Below are positions 46,237 to 56,212 of a DNA stretch of 64,000 bases, in pieces (the stretch's first letter is position 1; the number at the start of each line of letters is the position of its first letter). Location: the IMG/VR virus record IMGVR_UViG_3300032288_004022, positions 31,572-95,571 of that record. One strand, written 5' to 3'. This stretch comes from a virus. The notes under the pieces were generated by a model. It was not told the origin of the DNA. It searched no databases and was given only the letters and a program-made list of their open reading frames with translations. Made by a program: the position numbers and the translations under genes.

Positions 46237-47411
46237 TGAAGACCGTTGCTGTTATTGGTGCAGGCATCACCGGACTTGCCACTGCCTATTACTTGGCAAA
46301 AGAAGGATATCAAGTATCTGTATTTGAAGCAGAACGTTATCCAGCCATGAAGACCAGCTTTGCCAATGGGGGACAAATCTCTGTCAGCAACAGTGAAGTT
46401 TGGACCAGCTGGAGCAACGTCAAGAAGGGCCTCCGGTGGATGTTTACAAAGGATGCACCTTTGCTTATTCCTTTGCGCTGGGATTGGGCACAGTGGAAGT
46501 GGATTGTTAAATTTTTGTTCTATACCATTCGAGGTGATTACAACAAAAACACCGCATGGACCATCCGCACTGGCATCGAGAGTCGCAAACTGTACGACGA
46601 GATTCGACAGGAAGAAAACATTGACTTTGATTACACCAAGTGTGGCATCCTGCATTTCTATAAAGATCAAGAATATTGGGACAATGCAAAAGCAGTTAAA
46701 AAAATTTACAATGACAACGGTTGTAAATGGGATTTGTTGGTCAGTGCTGCTGATGTCAAGGCTGTAGATCCGTCTCTAGCTGGAATTACAAATGTCATTG
46801 GCGGCGCCTGGACGCCAAGTGATGCAACCGGTGATATCCATGCATTCTGTTACGAGCTTGCAGAAATCTTAAAGACCAAGTATGGGGTAGCATTTCATTA
46901 CAACACAAAGATCAACGATCTTCGCGCTCTGTGTTATGATGCCACAGTTGTTTGCAATGGCGTTGGCAGCACAGCGTTGGCAAAAAGCATTGGCGATGAT
47001 TTACCAGTATATCCAGTTAAAGGATACTCGATCACCATCAACGACGTTGATCCTGCACATTTGCCCCGGGTAAGTTTGTTGGATGATCAATCCAAAATTG
47101 TTACTGCAAGCCTAGGTAATCGTTTCCGTGTGGCAGGCACAGCTGAACTGGCCGGCGAGAATTATGATATCAGGCGTGATCGTATACAACCATTATTGGA
47201 TTGGGTACACACAAACTTTCCCAATATCAACACACACAGTTACACACAATGGGCATGTTTGCGTCCAATGACACCAAACATGATGCCAATAATCAAGCAA
47301 AGTAAATCCAATCCCAAAGTTTTTTACCACACTGGACATGGCCATTTAGGTTGGACATTGAGCCCAGCTACTGCTAAAATAGCAGTGAATCTTGTCAAGG
47401 AAACAATATGA
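46236..47411 (+). CDS. dadA: D-amino acid dehydrogenase (FAD-dependent)
   Basis: GAGITG, TSFANGGQ, YPVKGYSIT, RVAGTAE, LRPMTP, TGHGHLGWT. Confidence 0.9.
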   Translation: MKTVAVIGAGITGLATAYYLAKEGYQVSVFEAERYPAMKTSFANGGQISVSNSEVWTSWSNVKKGLRWMFTKDAPLLIPLRWDWAQWKWIVKFLFYTIRGDYNKNTAWTIRTGIESRKLYDEIRQEENIDFDYTKCGILHFYKDQEYWDNAKAVKKIYNDNGCKWDLLVSAADVKAVDPSLAGITNVIGGAWTPSDATGDIHAFCYELAEILKTKYGVAFHYNTKINDLRALCYDATVVCNGVGSTALAKSIGDDLPVYPVKGYSITINDVDPAHLPRVSLLDDQSKIVTASLGNRFRVAGTAELAGENYDIRRDRIQPLLDWVHTNFPNINTHSYTQWACLRPMTPNMMPIIKQSKSNPKVFYHTGHGHLGWTLSPATAKIAVNLVKETI

Positions 47412-48508
47412 GCAGAGAACAATACAATTTAAAAACAAAAACAGACTATCTCAATAGAAAAATGTTCTTGGATCCTGCGGGTCCTGTGACTGTTCAACGT
47501 TTTGAAGAAGTCAAATACAACAAACTGGTCAAGTACGAACAAGAAGCACGTGGCTTCTTTTGGGTACCAGAAGAAATCTCCTTGACCAAAGATGCACAAG
47601 ACTTCAAAGACGCCAGTGAAACAGTCCGGCATATCTTTACATCAAACCTGTTGCGTCAAACAGCCCTAGACAGTTTGCAAGGTCGTGGCCCCAGTCAGAT
47701 CTTCACACCTGTGATTTCAATTCCTGAGCTTGAGAGTCTGGTGTACAACTGGACATTCTTTGAAACCAACATCCACAGTCGCAGTTACAGCCACATCATT
47801 CGTAACATCTACAATGTACCCAAGGATGTGTTCAACACCATCCACGATACTACAGAAATTGTGGACATGGCATCAAGTGTGGGCAACTATTATGATCGTT
47901 TGCACATGATCAATTGCCGTAAAGAACTGCTGGAAAAGTTCCCCGAGCATGAACATATCCGAGCAATATGGCTTGCGCTGAATGCTAGCTATGCACTAGA
48001 GGCATTCCGCTTCATGGTATCATTTGCCACCAGCTTGGCCATGGTAGAGAACAAGATCTTTATTGGCAACGGCAACATCATCAGTCTGATCTTACAAGAC
48101 GAAATGCTGCACAAAGAGTGGACTGCTTGGTTGATCAATCAAGTGGTCAAAGAAGACTCACGCTTTGCTGCTGTCAAAGTCGAATGCGAAGCTGAAGTAT
48201 ATCAAATGTTCGCGGACGTGATTCGCGAAGAAAAAGCCTGGGCTGACTATTTGTTCCAGAAGGGCCCTGTGATTGGTCTCAACTCGCAGATTCTCAAAGA
48301 CTTTGTGGACTTTACAGCATTCAATGCGCTCAAAGAAATTGGGATTAAATACACCGCAAGCTACCCACGTTCAACACCGATTCCTTGGTTCACCAAGCAT
48401 GTAGACACCAGCAAAAAACAAACTGCATTGCAAGAAAACGAATCAACAAACTATGTGATTGGTGTAATGAGTGACAGCATTGATTACGATAAACTACCCA
48501 ACCTATAA
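47408..48508 (+). CDS. nrdB: Class Ia ribonucleotide reductase beta subunit
   Basis: FFWVPEE, DSLQGR, E.NIHSRSY, EAFRF..SF, DE.LH. Confidence 0.96.
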   Translation: MSREQYNLKTKTDYLNRKMFLDPAGPVTVQRFEEVKYNKLVKYEQEARGFFWVPEEISLTKDAQDFKDASETVRHIFTSNLLRQTALDSLQGRGPSQIFTPVISIPELESLVYNWTFFETNIHSRSYSHIIRNIYNVPKDVFNTIHDTTEIVDMASSVGNYYDRLHMINCRKELLEKFPEHEHIRAIWLALNASYALEAFRFMVSFATSLAMVENKIFIGNGNIISLILQDEMLHKEWTAWLINQVVKEDSRFAAVKVECEAEVYQMFADVIREEKAWADYLFQKGPVIGLNSQILKDFVDFTAFNALKEIGIKYTASYPRSTPIPWFTKHVDTSKKQTALQENESTNYVIGVMSDSIDYDKLPNL

Positions 48509-48528
48509 TCAACAAAAAGGAAAATAAA

Positions 48529-48750
48529 ATGAAAGCTACTGTATGGAGCAAGTACCACTGCCCTTACTGCGATCAGGCCAAGGCCTTGCTCACACAAAAG
48601 GGTATTGAGTTTGAAGAAAAAAAGATTGGTGATGGATACACCAAAGAAGACCTATTAGAAGCAGTTCCAAATGCTCGCACCGTGCCACAAATATTTCTTG
48701 GCGAAGAGCTAGTGGGAGGCTTCAATGAGCTTAGACAACGCCTCGCTTGA
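48529..48750 (+). CDS. Glutaredoxin
   Basis: CPYC, TVPQIF, GGF. Confidence 0.95.
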   Translation: MKATVWSKYHCPYCDQAKALLTQKGIEFEEKKIGDGYTKEDLLEAVPNARTVPQIFLGEELVGGFNELRQRLA

Positions 48751-49390
48751 CAGTATCACCATTGACTGGTTCAAAGAAAAAATACCAGACTTTGAAAACA
48801 ATAAATTTTTCACTGCTGATTGGTTTTCAAACGGCTTGATAAATTTTGAGTATGTCAAACAGCAGATGGGCGCACTACCGCAGTCGATATTGGAAATCGG
48901 ATGCCACGAAGGGCGCAGTACATGTTGGATGTTGGAAAATTTTCTAGCTGACAACGGAACCATTACTTGCATAGATCCCTTTGCTCATGACCCACTAAGT
49001 GCGTTCAGAAACGAACGTCCACCTGAAAATAGAATCATTGAGCAAATATTTAGACACAACACTGATTTAGCCAAAGGTCCAGATCAGACAATTCAACTGA
49101 TGCCAACCTTGAGTTTCTACGCTCTAGCTGATCTGATCACTAAAAATGCGCAATTTGATTTCATCTATGTTGATGGCAGTCACAGTGCAGATGAAGTACT
49201 GGCAGATGCTGTGATGGCGTTTGGATTGTTGAAAAAGAACGGGTACATGATTTTTGACGACTACCTTTGGAAAGAGGCAGCCGACTCATTGGATCGTCCC
49301 AAAATGTCTATTGATGCTTTTGTAAACATGTTTCAAAAGCACATAGACGTTAAAATGATTAACTATCAACTTGTTATACAGAAAGTTTAA
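48725..49390 (+). CDS. SAM-dependent methyltransferase (Methyltransf_24-like)
   Basis: LEIGCHEGRS, FIYVDGSH, FDDY. Confidence 0.85.
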   Translation: MSLDNASLDSITIDWFKEKIPDFENNKFFTADWFSNGLINFEYVKQQMGALPQSILEIGCHEGRSTCWMLENFLADNGTITCIDPFAHDPLSAFRNERPPENRIIEQIFRHNTDLAKGPDQTIQLMPTLSFYALADLITKNAQFDFIYVDGSHSADEVLADAVMAFGLLKKNGYMIFDDYLWKEAADSLDRPKMSIDAFVNMFQKHIDVKMINYQLVIQKV

Positions 49391-49391
49391 A

Positions 49392-49697
49392 ATGCAATTA
49401 ATCGCAACACCCGGTCAAGTTTACACCTTTAAGTTGAACTCAGGAGAAGAACTCATTGCCAAGGTCAAAATGGCCGGCAGCGAGTGGGTCGAGATCGAGC
49501 ATCCTGTGAGCGTGGCCCCGGGCCCACAGGGCATGGGCCTGGTACCCAGTATGTTTACCGCAGATCCTGACGCAGAAATCAAGCTAAATACAGCCAGCGT
49601 GGCAGTTTATGCATTGACTGACGATCCTGTCAAAATGAAATACATTGAAGCCACCACTGGTATCAAGGTGCCAGAGAAGAAACTAATACTAGGATAA
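49392..49697 (+). CDS. Small phage protein, possibly Sm-like fold
   Basis: KLNSGEELIAK, Y..ATTGI. Confidence 0.65.
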   Translation: MQLIATPGQVYTFKLNSGEELIAKVKMAGSEWVEIEHPVSVAPGPQGMGLVPSMFTADPDAEIKLNTASVAVYALTDDPVKMKYIEATTGIKVPEKKLILG

Positions 49698-49698
49698 A

Positions 49699-49959
49699 AT
49701 GCCAGCAGTTCAACGTGACGGGGATTTAGATAACGGAGGGGGCATAGCTCAAGGTGGTGTCGGCACGGTTCGTGTGAACGGTAAAGCAATAATGGTTGCT
49801 GGCCAGCCTGTAACAGCGCATCCTAAGAAACACAGTGGCCAAACCACAGGCGGTAGCTCTACAGTCAAAGCTGGTGGTCTTCCGGTTATCAGAACCAACG
49901 ATGTTGATAGCTGTGGACACATTCGTGTGGGCGGTAGTCCTGATGTGAGGGCTGGTTAA
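49699..49959 (+). CDS. PAAR-like spike tip protein
   Basis: PAVQRDGD, VNGK, GSSTV..GG.PV.R..D...CGH, GSPDV. Confidence 0.85.
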   Translation: MPAVQRDGDLDNGGGIAQGGVGTVRVNGKAIMVAGQPVTAHPKKHSGQTTGGSSTVKAGGLPVIRTNDVDSCGHIRVGGSPDVRAG

Positions 49960-52001
49960 TGGCTCAAAGCATTGTGTCACCGTTGCAGCTAACCGCGACT
50001 GCATCCTTGTTACAAAATCAAGGAATCAAGCCGTTTCCATCCGCTCTGGCCACAGCTATCCAAAACTTCAATGCCACCACAGTGATCAGTAATTTTATTG
50101 CTGCGGTAAATGCGTACAAGGCTCAATCATATGCCACAGAATCCACGTTGGATCTTTTGCTACGTATTGGTGCCACTGTGTGCCCGGCTCTGGGAAACAG
50201 TATTCCTGAGAATCCTGTTGGAAGTTACCCGTATCTTGACAGTGAGTACCTGATCAATTATCTAGGTGCCACAGACGGATCCACGCTTGACCCATCGGGA
50301 TTTTCCAATCTTGTAGAACAAACCTGCGCAGCTTATCTTGGCAATGGGGATGCCAGTAAATTTTGCCAAGGGTTTATGTCAGTGCAAGGCTATATTGCCA
50401 CCACCAATCAGTATATCAATAGTGGTGTCAATGCCAATCAGTATCTAGGTCCGCTGTTTACCGACATGGATGACATTGTGACCGGCGGTATTTCTAAAGT
50501 CACAACCGACTTACCTAATTTTGGTGTAGACTTGTTCAAGCAGGGAAATTTGTGGAACCCCAACAAATTGGACCTATATGGCACACCGGCGGGATTGATA
50601 CAACAAATTTCAGCCTTGGCCGGAATTCGAGGTCGAACTGTGCCTGCATTACAGAATGCCATGATCAGCATGGGTCTCACAGCCAACAACATAGCTGACT
50701 TGACGAACGACAATCGTGTGGGTTTGAACCGACCCAACGGACTCACGCAGAATGAATTTGACAAACTGCAACTCATGGCCTACAAAGCAATTAGCATGAT
50801 CTCGGGTGATGACCTGCAACAGATCTTGGACATCTTGGGAGTTACTACCCCGGGAGTAGACAGCCTTGATGATTTGCTGAATCCGGTAATCATGTTCCCA
50901 TTGAGCTATTCATCCTTGCAGACACCTAGCCCCAATGGTCCTGTACTGATTTTTAATTCAACTGGTGCAGTGAATTCCAGCATCGCCCCCATAGTCAACA
51001 GTTACTTGCCCACAGCGTCTGGCTGTGACGAGCTAGGCAAAGTGATTCCGCCTGCACAGGCTGTGGCCAACAAAGCCATACAGGTGGCTCTGCAACAAGT
51101 CAACAACGTGCCCAATATCGTGTTGCCAAAGTTGGCTGAAATTGTGATAGGTGGGTTAGATAATCCTTGGACAATAACACAGCCCTATTTGGCCAACACA
51201 GTGGTGAGCTTGGGTATACCGGTGGCCAGTTATTATAGAGCTGTTGCTGACGTTCCTGCTGGGATAGATATCAACAATACCGCCTACTGGGAACCGACCA
51301 CCCTGGGTGGTCTTAGTACCATGGCCGGGTTGCCACTGATACAAGCGCAAACCACTCCGGTAGATAGTTCAGTCACAAATTATATCGCAAACACCTTGGC
51401 CACCGGCACCGGTCCCAACGGTACAATCACCACATATGATGTGCTGGGTCTGGCACTCGATGCAGATGACTTTGCTGCACAATTGAACACCGCCACCGCA
51501 GCCGTCAATGCTTTGCAAACCGCGGGCAGTTTGGCCACTCTAAACACTGCCTACAACAACATTGCTACTGCGCCCAATGATGCCAATGCATTGGTGCACA
51601 TTGGTCAAGCCAATGCAGCCATTGCTGCACTCAGTGCCAGTCCCTACGTGACCACACTCAACACAGCTTGGAATTACATGGCCAATCTTATGAACCTGAG
51701 TGCCAAGTACACCAGTGAAGCCGGTGTAGACTACTTCAATTTGCAAGCTGGTATAATAACCAATGTGTACAGTTTTGTTCAGAACTTGCCGCGTTATGGT
51801 TTGCTCACGGCCTTGGACGATGCTGCTGAGTTCATGGAAAACATTGCCGATACCACTACCCTGGGAGGCCAGGCCATTGTTGCCGTTATGCGGGAAGGTC
51901 GCAATGATTCAAGATTGGCTGCTGGCAGCTTGTACAACACCAACCAAATACCCAGCGATCCAGAAGTTACGCCAGTCCCGGTGATTGTGCCGGTGACTTG
52001 A
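49959..52001 (+). CDS. Probable baseplate/tail structural protein
   Basis: Follows PAAR; 680 aa; C-terminal GQAIVAVMREGRN. Confidence 0.6.
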   Translation: MAQSIVSPLQLTATASLLQNQGIKPFPSALATAIQNFNATTVISNFIAAVNAYKAQSYATESTLDLLLRIGATVCPALGNSIPENPVGSYPYLDSEYLINYLGATDGSTLDPSGFSNLVEQTCAAYLGNGDASKFCQGFMSVQGYIATTNQYINSGVNANQYLGPLFTDMDDIVTGGISKVTTDLPNFGVDLFKQGNLWNPNKLDLYGTPAGLIQQISALAGIRGRTVPALQNAMISMGLTANNIADLTNDNRVGLNRPNGLTQNEFDKLQLMAYKAISMISGDDLQQILDILGVTTPGVDSLDDLLNPVIMFPLSYSSLQTPSPNGPVLIFNSTGAVNSSIAPIVNSYLPTASGCDELGKVIPPAQAVANKAIQVALQQVNNVPNIVLPKLAEIVIGGLDNPWTITQPYLANTVVSLGIPVASYYRAVADVPAGIDINNTAYWEPTTLGGLSTMAGLPLIQAQTTPVDSSVTNYIANTLATGTGPNGTITTYDVLGLALDADDFAAQLNTATAAVNALQTAGSLATLNTAYNNIATAPNDANALVHIGQANAAIAALSASPYVTTLNTAWNYMANLMNLSAKYTSEAGVDYFNLQAGIITNVYSFVQNLPRYGLLTALDDAAEFMENIADTTTLGGQAIVAVMREGRNDSRLAAGSLYNTNQIPSDPEVTPVPVIVPVT

Positions 52002-52032
52002 TCAAAAACACAACAAAAGTAGTCGTTTTGTG

Positions 52033-52061
52033 TTGACCTAGCACAAACACACATATATAAT
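52033..52061 (+). promoter_or_regulatory. sigma70-type promoter
   Basis: TTGACC-17-TATAAT. Confidence 0.8.
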
Positions 52062-52104
52062 ACAGAATGACATCTTGTCATTCAACTTTTAAAAGGAATA
52101 TATA

Positions 52105-52554
52105 ATGAAAAAATTTGCAATTGCAACCGTGATCGCTCTTGCCGCTGGCGCAGCTTCTGCTCTGGAAGTTGGTGTTACAACTGGCCGCGATTATGCTGGA
52201 ACTGGTCGCAACGCCACTGGTTTAACTGTTGGTCAAAACTTGGGCCCTGTTAATGTCACCGCTGGTTTTGATCGCGCCACCCTGGGTACCAACGACCAAG
52301 ATCGTTACAGCCTGGTTGCTGGTTACAATGTTGCCAAACTGGGTCCTGTGACTGTTGCAGTCAAAGGCGGTGCTGCTTATCTCAACAATCAAACTGGTAA
52401 CGATGGTTACGCTGCCTTGGTTGGTGTGGGTGCCAGTGTCCCCGTTGCCAAGAAAGTTGCCTTGACCCTAGATGCTACTCGCCAGTACGGTCAAAGCAGT
52501 GTGAGCAGCTTCGACGGCAATCGTGTCACTGCCGGCGTCAAGTTCAGCTTCTAA
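52105..52554 (+). CDS. Small outer-membrane beta-barrel protein
   Basis: Signal peptide MKKFAIATVIALAAGAASA, alternating beta strands, C-terminal GVKFSF. Confidence 0.85.
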   Translation: MKKFAIATVIALAAGAASALEVGVTTGRDYAGTGRNATGLTVGQNLGPVNVTAGFDRATLGTNDQDRYSLVAGYNVAKLGPVTVAVKGGAAYLNNQTGNDGYAALVGVGASVPVAKKVALTLDATRQYGQSSVSSFDGNRVTAGVKFSF

Positions 52555-52577
52555 AAAGTAATACTCGATCAAGTATT

Positions 52578-52605
52578 AAAAACCCTGCTCGAGGCAGGGT
52601 TTTTT
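52578..52605. terminator. Bidirectional rho-independent terminator
   Basis: A5-CCCTGC-loop-GCAGGG-T6 between convergent genes. Confidence 0.85.
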
Positions 52606-52626
52606 AATGTAATTTAATATTATGTT

Positions 52627-53124
52627 TTAGACTGATGGTGGTGCACCCGGGCTCACAGTTACATTTTCGATAAATTGATCTCCAGACGATAGTTGCCACC
52701 ACCACATACCGTTTAAATCAGTGTGATCTATTTCCTGGGAATCTACCAACGTTCCGTTGATGTAAGTATTTCCAAACGGTTCCCATGGAAAAGTAACATA
52801 ATTATTGGGCCCAGAGGAGACATAAGTGTTGGCCGTATTTCCCGGTAACCAACTATAATTTGCCTTTAAATCAGCAACCAATAATTGTGCTGTACCGTTG
52901 CTCACTGTGATCTCAATTACTTGTGGACCCGAAAACTGAATATCAGCAGTCCAGGAAAAAAGTTCATTGGTAACAGAATAATTAATAGCAGGCAATTGAG
53001 GCATTGGCTCGTTTAATGTAACAACAGGTCCTTGATAAACAACAACATTGTCTACTTTTGCTGTTATTTCTAAATCTTGAGTGCCGTATGCAACACCCAT
53101 TTGCTTAAATGTTCTTGTGGTCAT
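52627..53124 (-). CDS. Hypothetical late protein
   Basis: GGAG RBS; beta-rich. Confidence 0.7.
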   Translation of the reverse strand: MTTRTFKQMGVAYGTQDLEITAKVDNVVVYQGPVVTLNEPMPQLPAINYSVTNELFSWTADIQFSGPQVIEITVSNGTAQLLVADLKANYSWLPGNTANTYVSSGPNNYVTFPWEPFGNTYINGTLVDSQEIDHTDLNGMWWWQLSSGDQFIENVTVSPGAPPSV

Positions 53125-53143
53125 GAATAATCTCCATCTCTGT

Positions 53144-53151
53144 TATTTATA
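53144..53151 (-). promoter_or_regulatory. T4-type late promoter TATAAATA
   Basis: Exact T4 late consensus on the minus strand upstream of 53124. Confidence 0.7.
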
Positions 53152-53218
53152 TTAGATTCTCCATTGCCAATGCTGTAAAATCTGCACACCAAAACTGTAA
53201 TACTCAAGTATTACAATT

Positions 53219-53276
53219 GAGATCCCCGCAAGGGGCTCTTCTTTTGGTTGACCAAAAATTGCCATTTTGCTATAAT
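53219..53276 (+). promoter_or_regulatory. Stem-loop plus early promoter (repeat unit 5)
   Basis: CCCC-GCAA-GGGG hairpin with a T tract, then TTGACC(53248)-17-TATAAT. Confidence 0.85.
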
Positions 53277-53308
53277 ATTGACATAGCGTAACAAAACAGG
53301 AGCCCAAC

Positions 53309-53659
53309 ATGGCATACATGAGTCAAGAGCACAAAGCACGTCTGGCCCCCACTATCAAGGCCATCTGCAAACGGTATGGCATCAAGGCCACGCTCAGTGT
53401 TCGCAATCACAGCAGCCTGGTGTTGACTGTGAAACAAGGCAACATTGACTTTGGCGGCAATCATGTTCAAGTCAATCCCTATTGGTATCACGAACACTTC
53501 ACTGGCCGTGCAAAAGATTTCCTCTCGGAAGTGATCCCTGCTATGAAAGGCCCAGAATTCTTTGACCATTCTGATGCCCAAACTGACTACTTTCATTGCA
53601 GTCACTACGTTGACGTCAACATTGGTCGCTGGAATCAACCCTACGCTCTAGTCAAGTAA
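53309..53659 (+). CDS. Early hypothetical protein
   Basis: AGGAGCC RBS; DHSDAQTDYF motif. Confidence 0.8.
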   Translation: MAYMSQEHKARLAPTIKAICKRYGIKATLSVRNHSSLVLTVKQGNIDFGGNHVQVNPYWYHEHFTGRAKDFLSEVIPAMKGPEFFDHSDAQTDYFHCSHYVDVNIGRWNQPYALVK

Positions 53660-53660
53660 C

Positions 53661-53689
53661 TTGACCAAAAATTCCCATTTTGCTATAAT
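53661..53689 (+). promoter_or_regulatory. Early promoter (repeat unit 6)
   Basis: Identical to 17687-17715. Confidence 0.85.
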
Positions 53690-53719
53690 ATTGACATACC
53701 GCAACAAACAGGAGCCGCA

Positions 53720-53995
53720 ATGAGCACGATTCAAGACGTCAATTCCTCAATCATGTTTGGTGACTTCACCAACGACCAGCTCAACAGCATCATTGCTGCC
53801 ATCAAGTATCGGCGAGCACAAATCACCAAACAAAATAAACGCACCTTCCAACTTGGTGACTCTGTAAAGTTTACCAGTAACCGCAACGGCTTGACCTATG
53901 TTGGTACCGTGCGCAAAGTCAAAATTAAATTTGTGCTGGTTAACACACCTGGCGGTTTGTTCAACGTGCCTGCCAACATGCTGGAGGCTGTATGA
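53720..53995 (+). CDS. Early hypothetical protein (SH3-like C-terminus)
   Basis: AGGAGCC RBS; GDSVKF...G.V.KV. Confidence 0.8.
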   Translation: MSTIQDVNSSIMFGDFTNDQLNSIIAAIKYRRAQITKQNKRTFQLGDSVKFTSNRNGLTYVGTVRKVKIKFVLVNTPGGLFNVPANMLEAV

Positions 53996-54162
53996 CTGTC
54001 AAGCCGTTCAAGCAGTGGCTTGAAGACTTGTGGCGTACCAACTGTGACGAGGTCGACGGCTGGGGCCAACCCAGAATGACCATGTCGGAATATTTTCAAA
54101 AATACAAATGGTGGCTCAAGCGAGAGTACCAATATCAAAAAGGAGTTAGACGTGGGTCTTGA
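53992..54162 (+). CDS. Small hypothetical protein, 56 aa (MTVKPFKQWL...), absent from the ORF track
   Basis: GGAGG RBS, ATGA coupling, fills the gap between genes. Confidence 0.7.
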   Translation: MTVKPFKQWLEDLWRTNCDEVDGWGQPRMTMSEYFQKYKWWLKREYQYQKGVRRGS

Positions 54163-54595
54163 TCAATATGCATACGTGGCAGCTCGCAAAGGCCAAAACT
54201 CAGAGTGGTGGGATGGTGCCGAGCTGGATCCCGACACTCGCGACTATCGCAACAACAAAGTTGCCAGGCCGCGTGAGTTGGCCTACTGGCGCAAGCATCC
54301 TAATCTGCAGGGTTGGATGGAAAGTTTGTGGAAACGCCGACTTCACGAAGCCAACAAAGGAATTCCCGAAAACGACTGGGGCTCATCTTTCAATGGCATT
54401 GAACTTGAACTCACATTTGAAGATCTTGACGAACTAGAACAAGCCGTTCAGGCTCGGCGACTGCCCAAGACATCGGGATTCTTTTTTGGCGAGGACTCAG
54501 ATCAGTACTATTACAACCAGGATCTTGAGTTTGTCAAGAACGCTCGAGCAGAATTGTTCATGGGACTTAAAGTGTTCTATAACTCTTCATGGTAA
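54152..54595 (+). CDS. Hypothetical phage protein
   Basis: AAGGAG RBS; MGLDQY, YWRKHPNL, GFFFG, YNSSW. Confidence 0.8.
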   Translation: MGLDQYAYVAARKGQNSEWWDGAELDPDTRDYRNNKVARPRELAYWRKHPNLQGWMESLWKRRLHEANKGIPENDWGSSFNGIELELTFEDLDELEQAVQARRLPKTSGFFFGEDSDQYYYNQDLEFVKNARAELFMGLKVFYNSSW

Positions 54596-54608
54596 GGATT
54601 TAAATAAT

Positions 54609-55982
54609 ATGAATGAAATCACTTTTGATCCCAGTCGTTGTGAGGCAGTGATGGCCGCAGGTTGGATTCGAGACCTGGAAAGTTCGGACAGTCGCATTCA
54701 CAAAGAGAAGGTGATTGAAAAAGCTCTCATGGCTGCACGACTGGGCAGCACTGACGCTCAATGTTTTTTGTTCAACTGCTATCAAGCCTATAATCCTTTC
54801 TACACATTCAATGTCAAGCAGGTTCCCGAAACTGAAGGTTTGACTGGTCGCAGTAATCCTTGGCCTCGATTCTGGGCACTGCTGGAGGACCTGCGTACTC
54901 GCGGCATTTCTGGACACCGTGCTAGAGATGCTATCCAAGAGTGTGCCGATGATTTTGACAGTGAAGAATGGAACAATCTAGCTCGACGTGTGTTGATCAA
55001 AGACCTACGTTGCGGCATCAGTGAAAAGACCTTGAACAAAATCCTCAGCAAAACCGAATGGCGAATTCCGGTGTTCACTTGTCAGCTGGCCCAGGACAGC
55101 ACTGACCAACCCAAAAAGTTGCGTGGCGTCAAGCGCCTGGAGTGCAAGCTGGATGGCGTGCGTGTGCTGGCAGTGGTATCTGGCAACAGTTGCACACTAT
55201 ACAGCCGCAATGGTAAAGAGTTTGAAAACTTCCCGCAGATTTCCGAAGCCATTCTTGACCAGCGCCGAGCATTCCAGTATGGTCGTGGCACCGGCGGGCA
55301 CTTTGTGCTGGATGGTGAGATTGTGGGCGAGAGCTTTCAAAAGCTCATGCGCCAAGCACATCGCAAGAATGATGCCCAAACTGCAGGCATGGTGTATCAT
55401 ATTTTTGATATTTTGCCCCTGGATGCCTTCAAAGAGGGACACTGGAATGCGCAACAATACAAACGGTTTGAGTGGCTGGAGTCTGCTCGCAGTCAGCTCC
55501 TGGAAACTGATTGCTTGCGCATCATGAATGGTTTGGATGTGGATCTGGACACTGCTGAAGGTCATGACATCATGCATCGCTATGCTGAAGATGCTGTGGC
55601 TGAAGGGTTTGAAGGCATCATGATCAAGAGCATGGATGCACCCTATGAGTGCAAACGCAGTGACTTTTGGATGAAATGGAAACCCACTATCACTGTGGAT
55701 TTGACCATTGTGGGTTTTGAGCAAGGCACAGGTCGCAATGCGGGCCGGTTGGGTGCTATAATTTACGAAGGAGTTGACAATGGACGTAATATTCGGGTTA
55801 ATGTTGGTACTGGTTATAGCGATGGCGATCGTGATGAGTTTTGGGCCGCACGGGATCAGCTACTTGGTGTCATCGGTGAAATTGAAGCTGATGCAGTTAC
55901 GCAAAACCAAGACGGAACATACTCGCTGAGATTCCCCCGTCACAAACGATTTCGTGGATTTGAACCAGGAGAAAAACTATGA
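54609..55982 (+). CDS. ATP-dependent DNA ligase
   Basis: KLDGVR, SRNG, LDGE, FD, EGIMIK, K.K, LRFPR. Confidence 0.95.
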   Translation: MNEITFDPSRCEAVMAAGWIRDLESSDSRIHKEKVIEKALMAARLGSTDAQCFLFNCYQAYNPFYTFNVKQVPETEGLTGRSNPWPRFWALLEDLRTRGISGHRARDAIQECADDFDSEEWNNLARRVLIKDLRCGISEKTLNKILSKTEWRIPVFTCQLAQDSTDQPKKLRGVKRLECKLDGVRVLAVVSGNSCTLYSRNGKEFENFPQISEAILDQRRAFQYGRGTGGHFVLDGEIVGESFQKLMRQAHRKNDAQTAGMVYHIFDILPLDAFKEGHWNAQQYKRFEWLESARSQLLETDCLRIMNGLDVDLDTAEGHDIMHRYAEDAVAEGFEGIMIKSMDAPYECKRSDFWMKWKPTITVDLTIVGFEQGTGRNAGRLGAIIYEGVDNGRNIRVNVGTGYSDGDRDEFWAARDQLLGVIGEIEADAVTQNQDGTYSLRFPRHKRFRGFEPGEKL

Positions 55983-56212
55983 GCAAGCGAGTTGGCCCCA
56001 TCACATTGGACGGTGAAGCCGCTGATCGCATCACTGTGCTGAACTTGAAAGAGTACCGCAGTTATCTCAAAAAAGAACTCCGCGACTGGAAAAAGAATCC
56101 CCGGTCAGATGGTAACCCAGGAGGTTATTGGTTGCACCCCGAAGATGTTGGTATCAACATGCGGGTGATTGAAGCTTTGAATCTTGTGCTCAAACAGTAC
56201 GGAAGTGAATAA
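55979..56212 (+). CDS. Hypothetical protein
   Basis: Coupled ORF with GGAG RBS. Confidence 0.7.
   Translation: MSKRVGPITLDGEAADRITVLNLKEYRSYLKKELRDWKKNPRSDGNPGGYWLHPEDVGINMRVIEALNLVLKQYGSE

Noticed and set aside
38632-47411. Host chromosomal contamination or prophage boundary (iscU/iscA, aceA, dadA)
   Set aside because: Host-like genes are translationally coupled to and interleaved with phage genes and are stripped of their usual operon partners
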